A DNA stretch of 62,598 nt from a virus (lineage: Duplodnaviria > Caudoviricetes): positions 1 through 62,598 of the IMG/VR virus record IMGVR_UViG_3300025316_000018. One strand, written 5' to 3'. Positions 46,119 through 56,031 of this stretch are shown here, piece after piece. The translations under genes and the position numbers were made by a program. The notes beneath the pieces were generated by a model. The model saw nothing but the letters and a program-made list of their open reading frames with translations, was not told where the DNA came from and did no database searches. Positions within the stretch are counted from its first letter, which is position 1. Each line of letters begins with the position of its first letter.

Positions 46119-47825
46119 TTATCCGTGACATGCGATACATTCTCCTTTACTAACATTCACACCCGATTCTGAACGAATATAGTATAAACCTTTGATATAC
46201 GGGTCCTTGAACGCCATTTTGTGCACTTCGCTAATATATTCTTCGTCTTCGTCCGCCGAGAAGAACAGATTGATCGATTGCCCCTGATCTATATATCTCT
46301 GTCTAGCAGACGCTAATCTAATTATTTGTTTCTGGTCAATTTCAAATGCTGTCTTGAATACCGATTTCTCGTCATCAGTTAGCCATTCAACGTGTTGAAC
46401 CGATCCGTTATGTGATATAATATCTTTCACGGTCTCATCGGAGTATACATCACGATCTTTCATAAGATTTAGCAATGTCGGGTTAACTCTATCCATTTTA
46501 CCTGCGGCAGTATTTTGCACATACGCATTCTTGTAGATTGGCTCAATGCCCTGCGATACGGAGCCACATATCAGTGCCGATGATAGATTTGGTGCTATAG
46601 CGATTCTATGGGTGTTTCTAACCCCATACCCTTTACACCAAAAAGGTTCACCAAATTCAGTAGCCATCCATTGTGATGCTCGTAGAGTCTCATCATGCAG
46701 GTGCTTGAATATTTCTGTATTCTTGTAATATGCATCCATTGATTCAAATGGAATGGAGTGTTCTTGTAGGTAAGTATGGAAACCCAGCATACCCAAACCA
46801 AGTGCTCTACTCTTTTCGGCGAACCTTACTACCTTTTCCATTCCTTGTGTTCGCTTACCTATTTCGATCAGGTCTTGGTTAACACAATCAAGAAACACAG
46901 TTGCATTGAATACTGCATCGGTGTCTTTCCATTCATCGTATAGAGAAGCATTCATAGAAGATAATACACAAGAAAACGAGTGATCTTCGTCTGAAAATAG
47001 CTGAACCTCAGAGCACAAGTTTGAAGCTTTTACCGTTAGATTTTTATCTTTATACATCTTTGGGTTTTGTGAGTTCACTTTATCAATAAATTCAAAATAC
47101 CCCTTTCCTGTGATCATCTTCAATTTTAGTGCTTTTTGGTACCGATCAATAGCATCTTTATCACCAGCATCTAATCTATCAATGAACTTATTAGTCACAA
47201 TCCATCCAATATTAGCATCATCGGGATTCTTTGTGATAAAATTCACTAGTTCAAAGAAGTCGCCATGATCAATTTCAATGTATCCTGCCCATGCACCTCT
47301 GCGTTGAGAACCCTGGCTAATATCTCTTGACATCTGCACAAAGTCCTTAAATACAGGAAGAACACCAGATGCCGAACCTTTTAGTCCTGTAATCTTAGAT
47401 CCTCTTGGCCTAATACCACCAAGATAGCTAGATGTACCAAAACCGTTTTTAGACAGGATAGCATTTTCTTTTTGTGCGTCATAGAACGCATATACAGAAT
47501 CGCCTACATAATTTCCAGAACAACTCACTGGACAACCGACACCGGTGCCCATATTGGACAACACGGGCGTTGATGCTGCTAGATGACCATTCCATAATAG
47601 GTTATAGAACTTTTCTTGCCATTCTGCTGGTGTTGTTGTGTATGATGCTGCATGTTTAGCCACTCGTGTATACACCGATTCTAGGTCGGGATATTTCGTA
47701 GAAAGGTAGTTCTCCTTCAGCATCTGCCACGCAACCGTAGTCACCCAATTGGGCAACCTACCTTGTTCTTGAAGACGTTTTCGTTCTTCACCGAGTTCAT
47801 CGTATATACTTACGTCTTTTACCAT
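46119..47825 (-). CDS. nrdA: ribonucleotide reductase class I alpha subunit (short, no ATP cone)
   Basis: STPVLSN, VSC, NLCSE, LGLG, IAPN, DQGQSIN, LYY, C-terminal CIAC. Confidence 0.95.
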   Translation of the reverse strand: MVKDVSIYDELGEERKRLQEQGRLPNWVTTVAWQMLKENYLSTKYPDLESVYTRVAKHAASYTTTPAEWQEKFYNLLWNGHLAASTPVLSNMGTGVGCPVSCSGNYVGDSVYAFYDAQKENAILSKNGFGTSSYLGGIRPRGSKITGLKGSASGVLPVFKDFVQMSRDISQGSQRRGAWAGYIEIDHGDFFELVNFITKNPDDANIGWIVTNKFIDRLDAGDKDAIDRYQKALKLKMITGKGYFEFIDKVNSQNPKMYKDKNLTVKASNLCSEVQLFSDEDHSFSCVLSSMNASLYDEWKDTDAVFNATVFLDCVNQDLIEIGKRTQGMEKVVRFAEKSRALGLGMLGFHTYLQEHSIPFESMDAYYKNTEIFKHLHDETLRASQWMATEFGEPFWCKGYGVRNTHRIAIAPNLSSALICGSVSQGIEPIYKNAYVQNTAAGKMDRVNPTLLNLMKDRDVYSDETVKDIISHNGSVQHVEWLTDDEKSVFKTAFEIDQKQIIRLASARQRYIDQGQSINLFFSADEDEEYISEVHKMAFKDPYIKGLYYIRSESGVNVSKGECIACHG

Positions 47826-48811
47826 TTGAATTTAGCCTCTACCCAATTTCTATTATAGTCATTTCCAGTAGAACTGAAAAAATCATGAAGTGTACTACTC
47901 TCTATATCTTTGTAGAACCACTTTGCTATAGGATTATACGTTGGTTTGAATATTCCTGCGAATCCTAGATTTTCTAGACATATATCAAGTCTTGATTCAA
48001 CAAAGTGTTTCAATTGGTTTTCGGTAATACCTTTGATGTGACCCTTTTCGAAGATTTTGTCGATAATGATCGATTCATGTTCTAGGATAACTCTGGCGGT
48101 ATCTTCTAGTTCGTGGACTAACAAGTTACGTTGTGCTGTTGGTAATTGACCATCAGCCTCCGCTTCTTCGAGCAGCGTTCTGAACAACCACGCACCAGCT
48201 TGACTGTGTATAGTTTCTTCGATAGCACTAAAATTGATACCAGCATTAACATTTATGAGTTTATTCTTTCCAGCACTATTAAAGTGTTTCAAGAATGCAA
48301 AACTAGAATAAAGTATAGCACCTTCGATCATCGAGAATATACCGACAGATTTTAGTATATCGTATACAGTATCGCGTTTTTCTGTGCGTTTACCGATCCA
48401 TGCCATGCGATTAGAAAGAACTTCGTCCTCTTTATATGAGTTGTAGAATTCTTCGTTATCAAGACCCAGCACTTCATTGATTTTGTTATAGAATGGTGCA
48501 TGGACACCAATTTCTACGTAAGAGAATGTTGCTGCCATTCGTTGTATGTCTGGTCTAGGGAAAACCACGGACACATAGTTTTGCCAATAATCATTACCTA
48601 CATTCAGTTCGTATAGAGTGAACAGTTTTAGTGTTGAAATAACACCGTGGTATTCTGCTTCTGTGCAATTGGTCTTCAGATCATGAAGATCTTTCTCAAC
48701 TTCAATTTCATCGGGTAGCCAGAAAATTTCAGCTTGCTGTTTAGCAAATTCTATTGCTACCGGATAATCGGTGATGTATTCCGATTTCGGGGTCAAAATC
48801 CTTATTGCCAT
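47819..48811 (-). CDS. nrdB: ribonucleotide reductase class I beta subunit
   Basis: FWLPDEI, E..VH..FY, EGAILYSSF, EETIH, DFF. Confidence 0.93.
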   Translation of the reverse strand: MAIRILTPKSEYITDYPVAIEFAKQQAEIFWLPDEIEVEKDLHDLKTNCTEAEYHGVISTLKLFTLYELNVGNDYWQNYVSVVFPRPDIQRMAATFSYVEIGVHAPFYNKINEVLGLDNEEFYNSYKEDEVLSNRMAWIGKRTEKRDTVYDILKSVGIFSMIEGAILYSSFAFLKHFNSAGKNKLINVNAGINFSAIEETIHSQAGAWLFRTLLEEAEADGQLPTAQRNLLVHELEDTARVILEHESIIIDKIFEKGHIKGITENQLKHFVESRLDICLENLGFAGIFKPTYNPIAKWFYKDIESSTLHDFFSSTGNDYNRNWVEAKFKW

Positions 48812-48852
48812 ATTATAATCCTATCAGTAAATTCGTGTGGTGTAGTATGTAG

Positions 48853-49227
48853 TTACTTGAAATCTGGGTGATCTACCAGTATTGTTTTGATATCTGGTGT
48901 TGTCCAATCATGAGGTTTTAGTATTTTACCATCTTCACGTCTTAATACGGTGCCATCATCAGAAATTTTCGCCAGATTACTTCTCGCAACTTCGTCCCAG
49001 ATTTGTTGTTGTGGTAATTGCATGGTGTGTTCTAATCCTTCAACAACCCATTTAAGATCAGCACAAGCATCAGCGATTTCAACAATATTTCGTGTAGAAA
49101 CTGCTAATTTCAACTCATCATACTCTTCGGCAATAAGTTTCATATACAAATCTGCTTGATCACCATAACCAACTTCAGTCTGACCACACGCTCTCATAAA
49201 TTTTAAAACATCATTTCTACTAAACAT
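48853..49227 (-). CDS. MazG-like / PRA-PH nucleotide pyrophosphohydrolase
   Basis: LIAEEYDEL, EIADACADL, EVARSNLAK, REDGKILKP. Confidence 0.85.
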   Translation of the reverse strand: MFSRNDVLKFMRACGQTEVGYGDQADLYMKLIAEEYDELKLAVSTRNIVEIADACADLKWVVEGLEHTMQLPQQQIWDEVARSNLAKISDDGTVLRREDGKILKPHDWTTPDIKTILVDHPDFK

Positions 49228-49242
49228 TCACTTCTCCAATTA

Positions 49243-50247
49243 TTAAATTTCTATCTTCTTCCAGTTAATCCAAGCCATTTTAGCACGAAGATTAACAAAT
49301 GTATTCTTTTCTATTATATCTTGAATATCTTCTGCATCAAATCCTGCTAGGATCATATCGTTGATATCCTTTTCTTCTATCATTTCTGGCCAGATACATA
49401 TAGCAAAATGGTTATCTATGGCACTTTCCATCAATTTCAATATTTCTTTGTTTCTTGGTTCGTTATCGAATACCAACACCACCTGAGTTTTGTCGTACAG
49501 CTCGGCAGCAAATTGTAAGTTAGAACTCGATATAGCGATACAGTTCTTCAGGAACAGAGAATCAATAGGACCTTCCACTACCAGTATAGGATCTTCTTCA
49601 TTGATTCTATTAAGACCAAATACCTTTGGTGAGTTTTCATCTATCTTTATTGTTATATATCGTAGCTTAGAATCGTTTAGTGTTCTTCCTTGAAACCCTA
49701 TTAGATTATCATCTGCATCATAGAACGGTATTACTAGCCTGGTATCATTCTCACCTAACTTCTTTTCGATACCCATATCAACATTAACAAATTTGTTGAA
49801 GTCTTCGCAATAGTATAGCTCAGACCATTCAGCTTCGGGGATCTTCCGCTTTATCACATATGCCTTAGCAAAGTGGTCGTCTGGTAATCTGTGTATCTTG
49901 GGTAGAGGTATTGCCTTTTTAACTTTGTGCTGAACAACCTTGATTGGTTTCACTGGTACATTATATGCGCCCTTGTCTTTGTATCTTTCTAGTGAATACT
50001 CTTTCAATAACGATGGGTCTACTTGTTTCAGCAGGTTATAGAAGTTTGTACTAATACCGCAGTTATGGCACATATAGAAATAGTCATTATCTTTCTTGTA
50101 CACGAATCCACGTGCCTTGGTTTTGTCTCTTGCAGAGTCTCCACACATAGGGCACCTGAATTGGTACAGATCGTCTTTCTTTTTGGTGAATCTAGATAGT
50201 TTTGCTGAAATTCGAAGAAGGAATGTTCTATCGATGTAAATGCTCAT
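49243..50247 (-). CDS. 61: DNA primase (T4 gp61-like)
   Basis: RCPMCGDS..CHNC, GFQGR, VEGPIDSLF, FDNEPRN, KDINDM. Confidence 0.95.
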   Translation of the reverse strand: MSIYIDRTFLLRISAKLSRFTKKKDDLYQFRCPMCGDSARDKTKARGFVYKKDNDYFYMCHNCGISTNFYNLLKQVDPSLLKEYSLERYKDKGAYNVPVKPIKVVQHKVKKAIPLPKIHRLPDDHFAKAYVIKRKIPEAEWSELYYCEDFNKFVNVDMGIEKKLGENDTRLVIPFYDADDNLIGFQGRTLNDSKLRYITIKIDENSPKVFGLNRINEEDPILVVEGPIDSLFLKNCIAISSSNLQFAAELYDKTQVVLVFDNEPRNKEILKLMESAIDNHFAICIWPEMIEEKDINDMILAGFDAEDIQDIIEKNTFVNLRAKMAWINWKKIEI

Positions 50248-50276
50248 AATCAGTTGTCCTTGAGTTGTATATTTCC

Positions 50277-50305
50277 ATTATACCCATGCAACGTAGTTAT
50301 GTCAA
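50277..50305 (-). promoter_or_regulatory. sigma70-type promoter upstream of primase
   Basis: TTGACA-17-TATAAT. Confidence 0.7.
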
Positions 50306-50306
50306 G

Positions 50307-50708
50307 TTATTTAAATATACCCAAATGGTTTAGTAAGAACACGAACCCTGCCGCACCACCAATTAACAACCATCGCCAGTTTTCTAATGCTGACAATCTA
50401 TCAGAAATAGCTCTGCTCTGTGTTGATGATATATCTGCATGTTCCTTGATCTTTTCTTCTATTCGAGTCTCCATGTCTTCTATCTTGGCGACTATTTCTC
50501 GTGTATTATCTGCCATTTTACTATATAGGTCCCTTACATCAGTTAATGTCTCTTTATTACCATCTTCGAGATGATTTATTCTTGAATCATGTACTGCTAA
50601 TAATCTAGTTACTTCTGATGATGCTTTTGCTATTTCTGCAACAGTGTTATCTATTTTGTATACTACTGTACGTAATACCGCAACTTCAACGTTAATGTCA
50701 CTTTGCAT
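50307..50708 (-). CDS. coiled-coil protein with C-terminal TM
   Basis: LLAVHDSRI..LENWRWLLIGG. Confidence 0.75.
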   Translation of the reverse strand: MQSDINVEVAVLRTVVYKIDNTVAEIAKASSEVTRLLAVHDSRINHLEDGNKETLTDVRDLYSKMADNTREIVAKIEDMETRIEEKIKEHADISSTQSRAISDRLSALENWRWLLIGGAAGFVFLLNHLGIFK

Positions 50709-51288
50709 TGTCTAGCTCCTTCTGTTGCCTAACCCAATCTTGCAGGGCCTTTAGTTGTTCAACTACTTCGTAATATGTGCCGTAGTTTCTGCTGACGTTT
50801 TCGGCAACACCAGAGAGTTTAATGTCGGTGGGGGTGTCATTAGCAATTCCGGTGGATTCGGGAACTTCATTTTTTGCGGCAGAGTTGAGCAGCTCGACAA
50901 AACCGTTATTGATAACACACTTAGCATCAGAAGCTTTATTGATGTATTCAGGTACTTTCTTAATAATAACATTAGTTTTTCCTTTGACTATTTGAACTCT
51001 ATCAACATATTTAGTAACCACTTGTGTAGTTATTTCAGCGGCGGCAAGTTCTTGCTTTGCTATTTCTGATTGCATCTGAAGTACTTTTATTTGCCATGCT
51101 GCTTCGTTGGTAATAGCACCGACCATAAACACACCAAATGTGAATAGTGCAACAGATAGATATTTTAATGCTAATCTATATGTTATCGGTATTAGTATAC
51201 CGAACGCGAATGCTATGAATAGACCAACCATACCGAGTAAGGTTATGACATAAAATATCCATTGTGGCAGAAATTCTAAAATAAACAT
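50698..51288 (-). CDS. inner-membrane spanin (Rz-like)
   Basis: N-terminal TMs, coiled coil, VTKYVDRV..KVPEYI..C..NY..QLKALQDWV. Confidence 0.75.
   Translation of the reverse strand: MFILEFLPQWIFYVITLLGMVGLFIAFAFGILIPITYRLALKYLSVALFTFGVFMVGAITNEAAWQIKVLQMQSEIAKQELAAAEITTQVVTKYVDRVQIVKGKTNVIIKKVPEYINKASDAKCVINNGFVELLNSAAKNEVPESTGIANDTPTDIKLSGVAENVSRNYGTYYEVVEQLKALQDWVRQQKELDNAK
50763..50927 (-). CDS. embedded outer-membrane spanin lipoprotein (Rz1-like)
   Basis: lipobox LSSC, Pro-rich FPNPPELLMTPPP, nested in another frame of the i-spanin. Confidence 0.7.
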   Translation of the reverse strand: MLSVLSITVLSSCSTLPQKMKFPNPPELLMTPPPTLNSLVLPKTSAETTAHITK

Positions 51289-51497
51289 ATTGTTACCCAG
51301 CCCTCATCGGAAAATTTATAGCATTTGTGTTCTTTAACAATTACGTGGACTTTATCGAATTCGGATAATATCCAGTTAGATAGACTGCAATTGTCTATCC
51401 CAACTATCCTAATACGTATTAATCCATCTTCTGACATAGTTTTACACTTTAATTGAAATTTTGTTTCAATGCGTTCAACTACATCGGATAGAATCAT
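51276..51497 (-). CDS. hypothetical protein
   Basis: coupled. Confidence 0.55.
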   Translation of the reverse strand: MILSDVVERIETKFQLKCKTMSEDGLIRIRIVGIDNCSLSNWILSEFDKVHVIVKEHKCYKFSDEGWVTICLF

Positions 51498-51664
51498 TTT
51501 CTGGAGGTCATCCCAATCACAACAGGATTGCGTTTTTTCTTTCTATCGACACCTGGTTCACCTTGTGCACCAACACCGATTCCGGCAACTTGACCACCAC
51601 CAGCAGTATTACCACCACCAGCAGCAGCACCCATTTCTAGAATGAAATCTTTAAACTTTTTCAT
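51494..51664 (-). CDS. small Gly-rich protein (not in ORF track), possible internal head protein
   Basis: MKKFKDFILEMGAAAGGG..GEPGV; ATGA coupling on both sides. Confidence 0.7.
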   Translation of the reverse strand: MKKFKDFILEMGAAAGGGNTAGGGQVAGIGVGAQGEPGVDRKKKRNPVVIGMTSRK

Positions 51665-52047
51665 AGCTTCCTTAACCTATCAGCTACACCCATATCCATT
51701 AGGATGTCGGATGAATGTATGTCTATACCATTGATACCAATTATTCTATCGGGCATCATGTTCAAATATATTAAAAACGTTTTGAGTAACCCATAATCTT
51801 CTTCATCGACTTTAAAGAACAATATTCTTGTTGTCGGCTCAGGTCCAAATACATTACTCAATAAAATTATATGGTTCAGTATAAGTCTTTCTTTCAAATC
51901 ACTTATTGTATTGTATCTTCTGAATAATCTCTTGATATATTTGGTACGTCTGATATCAGATTCGAATTCGGACATTATGCATCTAGGTGCCGAATAGCAC
52001 TTCAATGCATATATCTGAAAGTTGTCGTCACATAATATAGAAAACAT
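51661..52047 (-). CDS. conserved T4-like hypothetical protein
   Basis: KYIKRLFRRY..LKERLILNHIILL.NVFG. Confidence 0.85.
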   Translation of the reverse strand: MFSILCDDNFQIYALKCYSAPRCIMSEFESDIRRTKYIKRLFRRYNTISDLKERLILNHIILLSNVFGPEPTTRILFFKVDEEDYGLLKTFLIYLNMMPDRIIGINGIDIHSSDILMDMGVADRLRKL

Positions 52048-52055
52048 CAGACTAA

Positions 52056-52658
52056 TTATAGACCAGTATAGATCTGACCAGTGCTAGTATTACCAGAGTT
52101 CACATTAGCAGCAGATGCGTTTGTTAATGCAACTAAGGTTTCTTTCAAATACCGAACAGTACCATCGTTGTTGGTCTTCTTCTGAATATGAACCCATCCT
52201 GCACTAGTATCACCAATACTAGCAGTTAATGATGTATTAGCATTAGATGTTCGTGTAGTGGTAACAAGAATAGTGTCTTGGTTATATGTAGATTGTGCAC
52301 TAGATGATTGTACAATAGGTTTGTCAAATTCAATACTTGCGCTGATGGCAACATTTGAAGCGACATTTTGACTTAGTGTTACTGTAGTACCAGTCACGCT
52401 TAGTACAGTTGTATTAGCGGTGAACATTCCTGGAGTACCTGTTCCATTTACGATGTTTGCACCGAAAACCGACCAACCAGCTAGGATTCCTACATTAGCA
52501 ACATCAGAAGATCCTGACGCGAAAGTTAATACATTTGAGATTGCATCAGTAGTATTTGCCGCTGATGTTACTGATAAACTAACTGATTCCCTAATTTGTC
52601 TTTCTAAAGGAAATTTTGGTTTATTGATTGCTGTGTCTGTGTTACCCCAAGCTGGCAT
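52056..52658 (-). CDS. probable virion structural protein
   Basis: MPAWGNTD..AGWV..DGTVRYLKETLVAL; S/T/N-rich beta composition. Confidence 0.65.
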   Translation of the reverse strand: MPAWGNTDTAINKPKFPLERQIRESVSLSVTSAANTTDAISNVLTFASGSSDVANVGILAGWSVFGANIVNGTGTPGMFTANTTVLSVTGTTVTLSQNVASNVAISASIEFDKPIVQSSSAQSTYNQDTILVTTTRTSNANTSLTASIGDTSAGWVHIQKKTNNDGTVRYLKETLVALTNASAANVNSGNTSTGQIYTGL

Positions 52659-52688
52659 CTTATTACTCCTAATTTTTAAATTATACAA

Positions 52689-53288
52689 CTATTTAGTTGA
52701 TTTCTTATCTTCAGTTTTCTTTTCTTTGTCTTCGCCCTTCTTTTCACTACGACCTCTGGGTGAAGGATCGATCTCTACTATACCCTTGTCCTTGGTGGTG
52801 CCGTCAGGATTTTTGGGTCCTGTCATTGGGGTGCCCAAAGTGAGTACTGCTAATGCATCGGGTTTATTATCGCCTGTTGAATCTTTAGGGTCAGTTTTCT
52901 CGAATTTTGGTTTGTTACTAGATTTTGGTTTTTCTTCAGAATCTTCTAGTCTAAGTTGTTTATATATCTCTTTAATTATGCTTGATGCTCTACCAGGTGA
53001 ATACTGTTCTAGTCCATGTGTAAGTCTAGCTTTATCATAATGATCTTGTTTCCATTTCTCGAAGTCACCAGTTTTAGCATGACTAATCATTTTTGCTCTA
53101 GTAACATATCTTGGATCTAATCCTTTAGATTTTAGGAACTTTCCTAGTGCTGGATCTTTTTGCCATGTTTCGTCTAGTGGATAAAATTCTTCGTACTTTT
53201 GTCCAGAAGAATCATAAGGATCATTTCTAGCTGGTCCTGTAGCTGAGGATTTAATATCTTTTAGGAACGTTTTAATTTTCTTCATCAC
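52689..53288 (-). CDS. Lys-rich hypothetical protein
   Basis: late operon. Confidence 0.7.
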   Translation of the reverse strand: MMKKIKTFLKDIKSSATGPARNDPYDSSGQKYEEFYPLDETWQKDPALGKFLKSKGLDPRYVTRAKMISHAKTGDFEKWKQDHYDKARLTHGLEQYSPGRASSIIKEIYKQLRLEDSEEKPKSSNKPKFEKTDPKDSTGDNKPDALAVLTLGTPMTGPKNPDGTTKDKGIVEIDPSPRGRSEKKGEDKEKKTEDKKSTK

Positions 53289-54208
53289 TATTGTTTGTCC
53301 TTTAGATTTCTAATGTGCTTGGCTGCTATCTTTTTGATGTTTCTAATTGATTTCGATGCTTCGTTAGTGACGAAAGGTACGTTGTCATCGACAGGAGTTC
53401 TTGCTTCGTCTAATTCACCTTTCATTTCTGCATTTTTAAAAGCGCGTTTATTATGCACATCCATGTCGTCAGCTGATTCAGTCATTGCCATTTTAGTGGC
53501 AGTAGCATACATAACATTTTGCCAGTTCTTGCCATACTTCTTCTTGAAATCCTTTTCCTTAGACTTCATTGATAATACGATTTCTTCTTTCTTCTTTGTT
53601 TGTGCTGGTGTCATAGTTTCTTCATCGACATCAGAGAAGTCTGGTGTTGATATTGGTTTCATTGCTTCTAGTATTTTGCTAGAGAATGAAGTTTCTTCAC
53701 GACTCAACACTTTATGTGTACCGGCAAAACTTTTGCTGATCTTTCTGTGGCTATCATCACCTAACTTACCAGTGGCTGCTAATGATTTTCTCTTTTCTGC
53801 GCTTTTATCTAGATATGATTTAACTGCTGATGGTTTGTCTAGTACTTCAGATATAGCGGTATTCTCTGGAGTATACTGTACTTTTGCGCTGAAGTGTTCA
53901 TTATCACCGATACCTGGTGGTAATTCTCTACGAACACCATCTAGTCCATCCATGTATTTCTTATCAGCCTTTGGTCTTATTACTTTAGTCGTTTTGTGTA
54001 GTTTAATGATGTGTTGCTGGGTATTAACTTCGGCATTTTTCATCATTCTATCTAGACTAGAAACAACATCCTTTAATTTCTGGCCACGCTCACTCTCGTT
54101 TAATTCTTCGGACAGCATTGCAACTTCGTGCTTTTCAGTGTCAACCTTTTCTAATACACTATTTACTGCGTCTATCATTGATTGTGAGATTTTGTCTTTT
54201 GTGAACAT
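53288..54208 (-). CDS. hypothetical, probable virion protein
   Basis: KKKEEIVLSMK..FKKKYG..VMYATATKMA module. Confidence 0.7.
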   Translation of the reverse strand: MFTKDKISQSMIDAVNSVLEKVDTEKHEVAMLSEELNESERGQKLKDVVSSLDRMMKNAEVNTQQHIIKLHKTTKVIRPKADKKYMDGLDGVRRELPPGIGDNEHFSAKVQYTPENTAISEVLDKPSAVKSYLDKSAEKRKSLAATGKLGDDSHRKISKSFAGTHKVLSREETSFSSKILEAMKPISTPDFSDVDEETMTPAQTKKKEEIVLSMKSKEKDFKKKYGKNWQNVMYATATKMAMTESADDMDVHNKRAFKNAEMKGELDEARTPVDDNVPFVTNEASKSIRNIKKIAAKHIRNLKDKQ

Positions 54209-54209
54209 T

Positions 54210-55292
54210 CTATCCTACCTTCTTCTTTTTGATTCTTGGGGGTGATTTGCTTAATTCATTTTCTAATGGGGTTCGCATTTTCTCTTGGTCTGTACTGTTA
54301 ACAGTACCTAATTCATAACCAGTATCACCAGAAGCTAATCCTTCTAGTATTTCTTTGCGAAATTTCATGAATTGTTTCTGTTCTACTTGAGCGTTTCCAA
54401 ATGCACCAGAACCTTGATTTGGTCGGTCGCTCCATGTGTCACCGATACCATCGACAGGCCTGAATTTACCACCTTGTGTATTATATTTAGGTTTTACTTT
54501 AGAGTCTTTATCTTTTTGAAAATTCGGAATTTTCTTTTCTGGACTAATCTTAAGCGAGGGCTGCGCTTGCTCGTGGTAGGCTCTATTAGAATATCCGGTA
54601 TTTTGGGCAACATCACCATATTTAACATTATCGGGTTTACCTGATATGCGTACCAACTGGCATGTTGGACAATTATTATCAGACAATAGATTGCTATGTT
54701 TCTTATCTCGCCCCGCCGCTCCATTAGTAAATTTTGATATGTCCTGTTTAGTATTAGTTGGTTTACATGTGCACTCTAGAAATATTTTCGTTTTAGTACA
54801 CACACGATCAATTGACTCGTTGAATTTTGTTAATGTGTCTATGTTGTCTACTACAATGATATCCTCAAACATGTCGGTATACACGCCAAGGTTTTCTTGT
54901 GCGCTACACCATCTGCTATACCTAATCTCTTCAGATAGGGTTTTGTTCAACTTAGAGTTCCTATCAATACTTATAGTATTTGTAGTATTAACAAACACCA
55001 TATTTGTAGCATATCCAATCTTAGTAAGGTCTTCGTTTATCTGTGAAATTGTATCTATATCTGTGGCTGGTGCAGTTATCAGTAGTGGTGATTTATCTGT
55101 TAATGTGCCTTGGCAAATCACAGAGTATGCCTGGTGGTGGTTCATTTCTAAAATAGAAATGTCTTTCATGATACCGCGTATCACCACGTCTTTACCAGAG
55201 CCAGGTACACCAACAACAAATATAGCTTTAGATTTGCCTATATCGCCGAAGTCTTCTGAGATAGTGTTTAATAATTCTTTGAAATTTTTCAT
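54210..55292 (-). CDS. P-loop kinase-like protein (zeta-toxin/AAA_33-like)
   Basis: AIFVVGVPGSGKD, MVFVNT..SIDRN..R/K. Confidence 0.7.
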   Translation of the reverse strand: MKNFKELLNTISEDFGDIGKSKAIFVVGVPGSGKDVVIRGIMKDISILEMNHHQAYSVICQGTLTDKSPLLITAPATDIDTISQINEDLTKIGYATNMVFVNTTNTISIDRNSKLNKTLSEEIRYSRWCSAQENLGVYTDMFEDIIVVDNIDTLTKFNESIDRVCTKTKIFLECTCKPTNTKQDISKFTNGAAGRDKKHSNLLSDNNCPTCQLVRISGKPDNVKYGDVAQNTGYSNRAYHEQAQPSLKISPEKKIPNFQKDKDSKVKPKYNTQGGKFRPVDGIGDTWSDRPNQGSGAFGNAQVEQKQFMKFRKEILEGLASGDTGYELGTVNSTDQEKMRTPLENELSKSPPRIKKKKVG

Positions 55293-55323
55293 TATTTTTA
55301 TGATTATCTATTCAACATAGTAG

Positions 55324-55331
55324 TATTTATA
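55324..55331 (-). promoter_or_regulatory. T4-type late promoter
   Basis: TATAAATA on minus strand ~30 nt before 55292. Confidence 0.7.
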
Positions 55332-55347
55332 ATATTATAATTATCAA

Positions 55348-56031
55348 CTAATCCAGCATGATCTGGCCATTTAATGCCATGATCATTTCGCAGTGAAGCA
55401 TATCGTGCTCTATTAGTTTGGTTGGATCGATATTCAGCATATGTGAATGTTCTGTATCTAATCCAAGTTCAAATTTACCGAAGTTCTTGATTATTACCTT
55501 GCTATAATCTTCTACTAAAGATAAGCACCACGAGTATAATCTTGTCTCTAATATATGGGGTGATCCATATCCTTGTTGGATATCCTCGCTCATCCAAGAG
55601 TTTACACGTTTCTTGAATACGTATTTACCATGAATATCGTGATCAGCTATATCAAACTCATCTTGTAGTTTACATCGCCCACCAATCTTAAACATCCGAC
55701 CTTCCATAGATTTGAACTCGTATATGGAGTTTAGATGTTCTATTGCCTTTAGTAGTAAGTAATTTTCGCCATGACTCTTTAGTCCGTGATGGTTAAAGTA
55801 TCTGCAATTTTCATCATCACTAAAATCCAGCATGATGTGTGTTTTGGATCGAATGACTTCCTGTTCTATTAGAGTTAATGGATAAGCAGAGCTGTCAGAG
55901 AATACTATTAATGCCTTTGGGTCTTTTCGTGCAATAGAATCAAATGTTTCTAGTGTTTGCTTGTATCTATCATCTGCATTAATAACTCCGAATAATGGTT
56001 TCATACACGAAGTAACTATAAATATATTCAT
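55348..56031 (-). CDS. putative glycosyltransferase-like protein
   Basis: IVTS..RYKQTLET..FKIGGR..TRLY; in GT cluster. Confidence 0.55.
   Translation of the reverse strand: MNIFIVTSCMKPLFGVINADDRYKQTLETFDSIARKDPKALIVFSDSSAYPLTLIEQEVIRSKTHIMLDFSDDENCRYFNHHGLKSHGENYLLLKAIEHLNSIYEFKSMEGRMFKIGGRCKLQDEFDIADHDIHGKYVFKKRVNSWMSEDIQQGYGSPHILETRLYSWCLSLVEDYSKVIIKNFGKFELGLDTEHSHMLNIDPTKLIEHDMLHCEMIMALNGQIMLD

Noticed and set aside
53295-55320. Long + strand ORFs of 316 and 224 aa (also 52420..53040)
   Set aside because: Antisense shadows of real minus-strand genes, with Ser/Phe/Leu-rich composition
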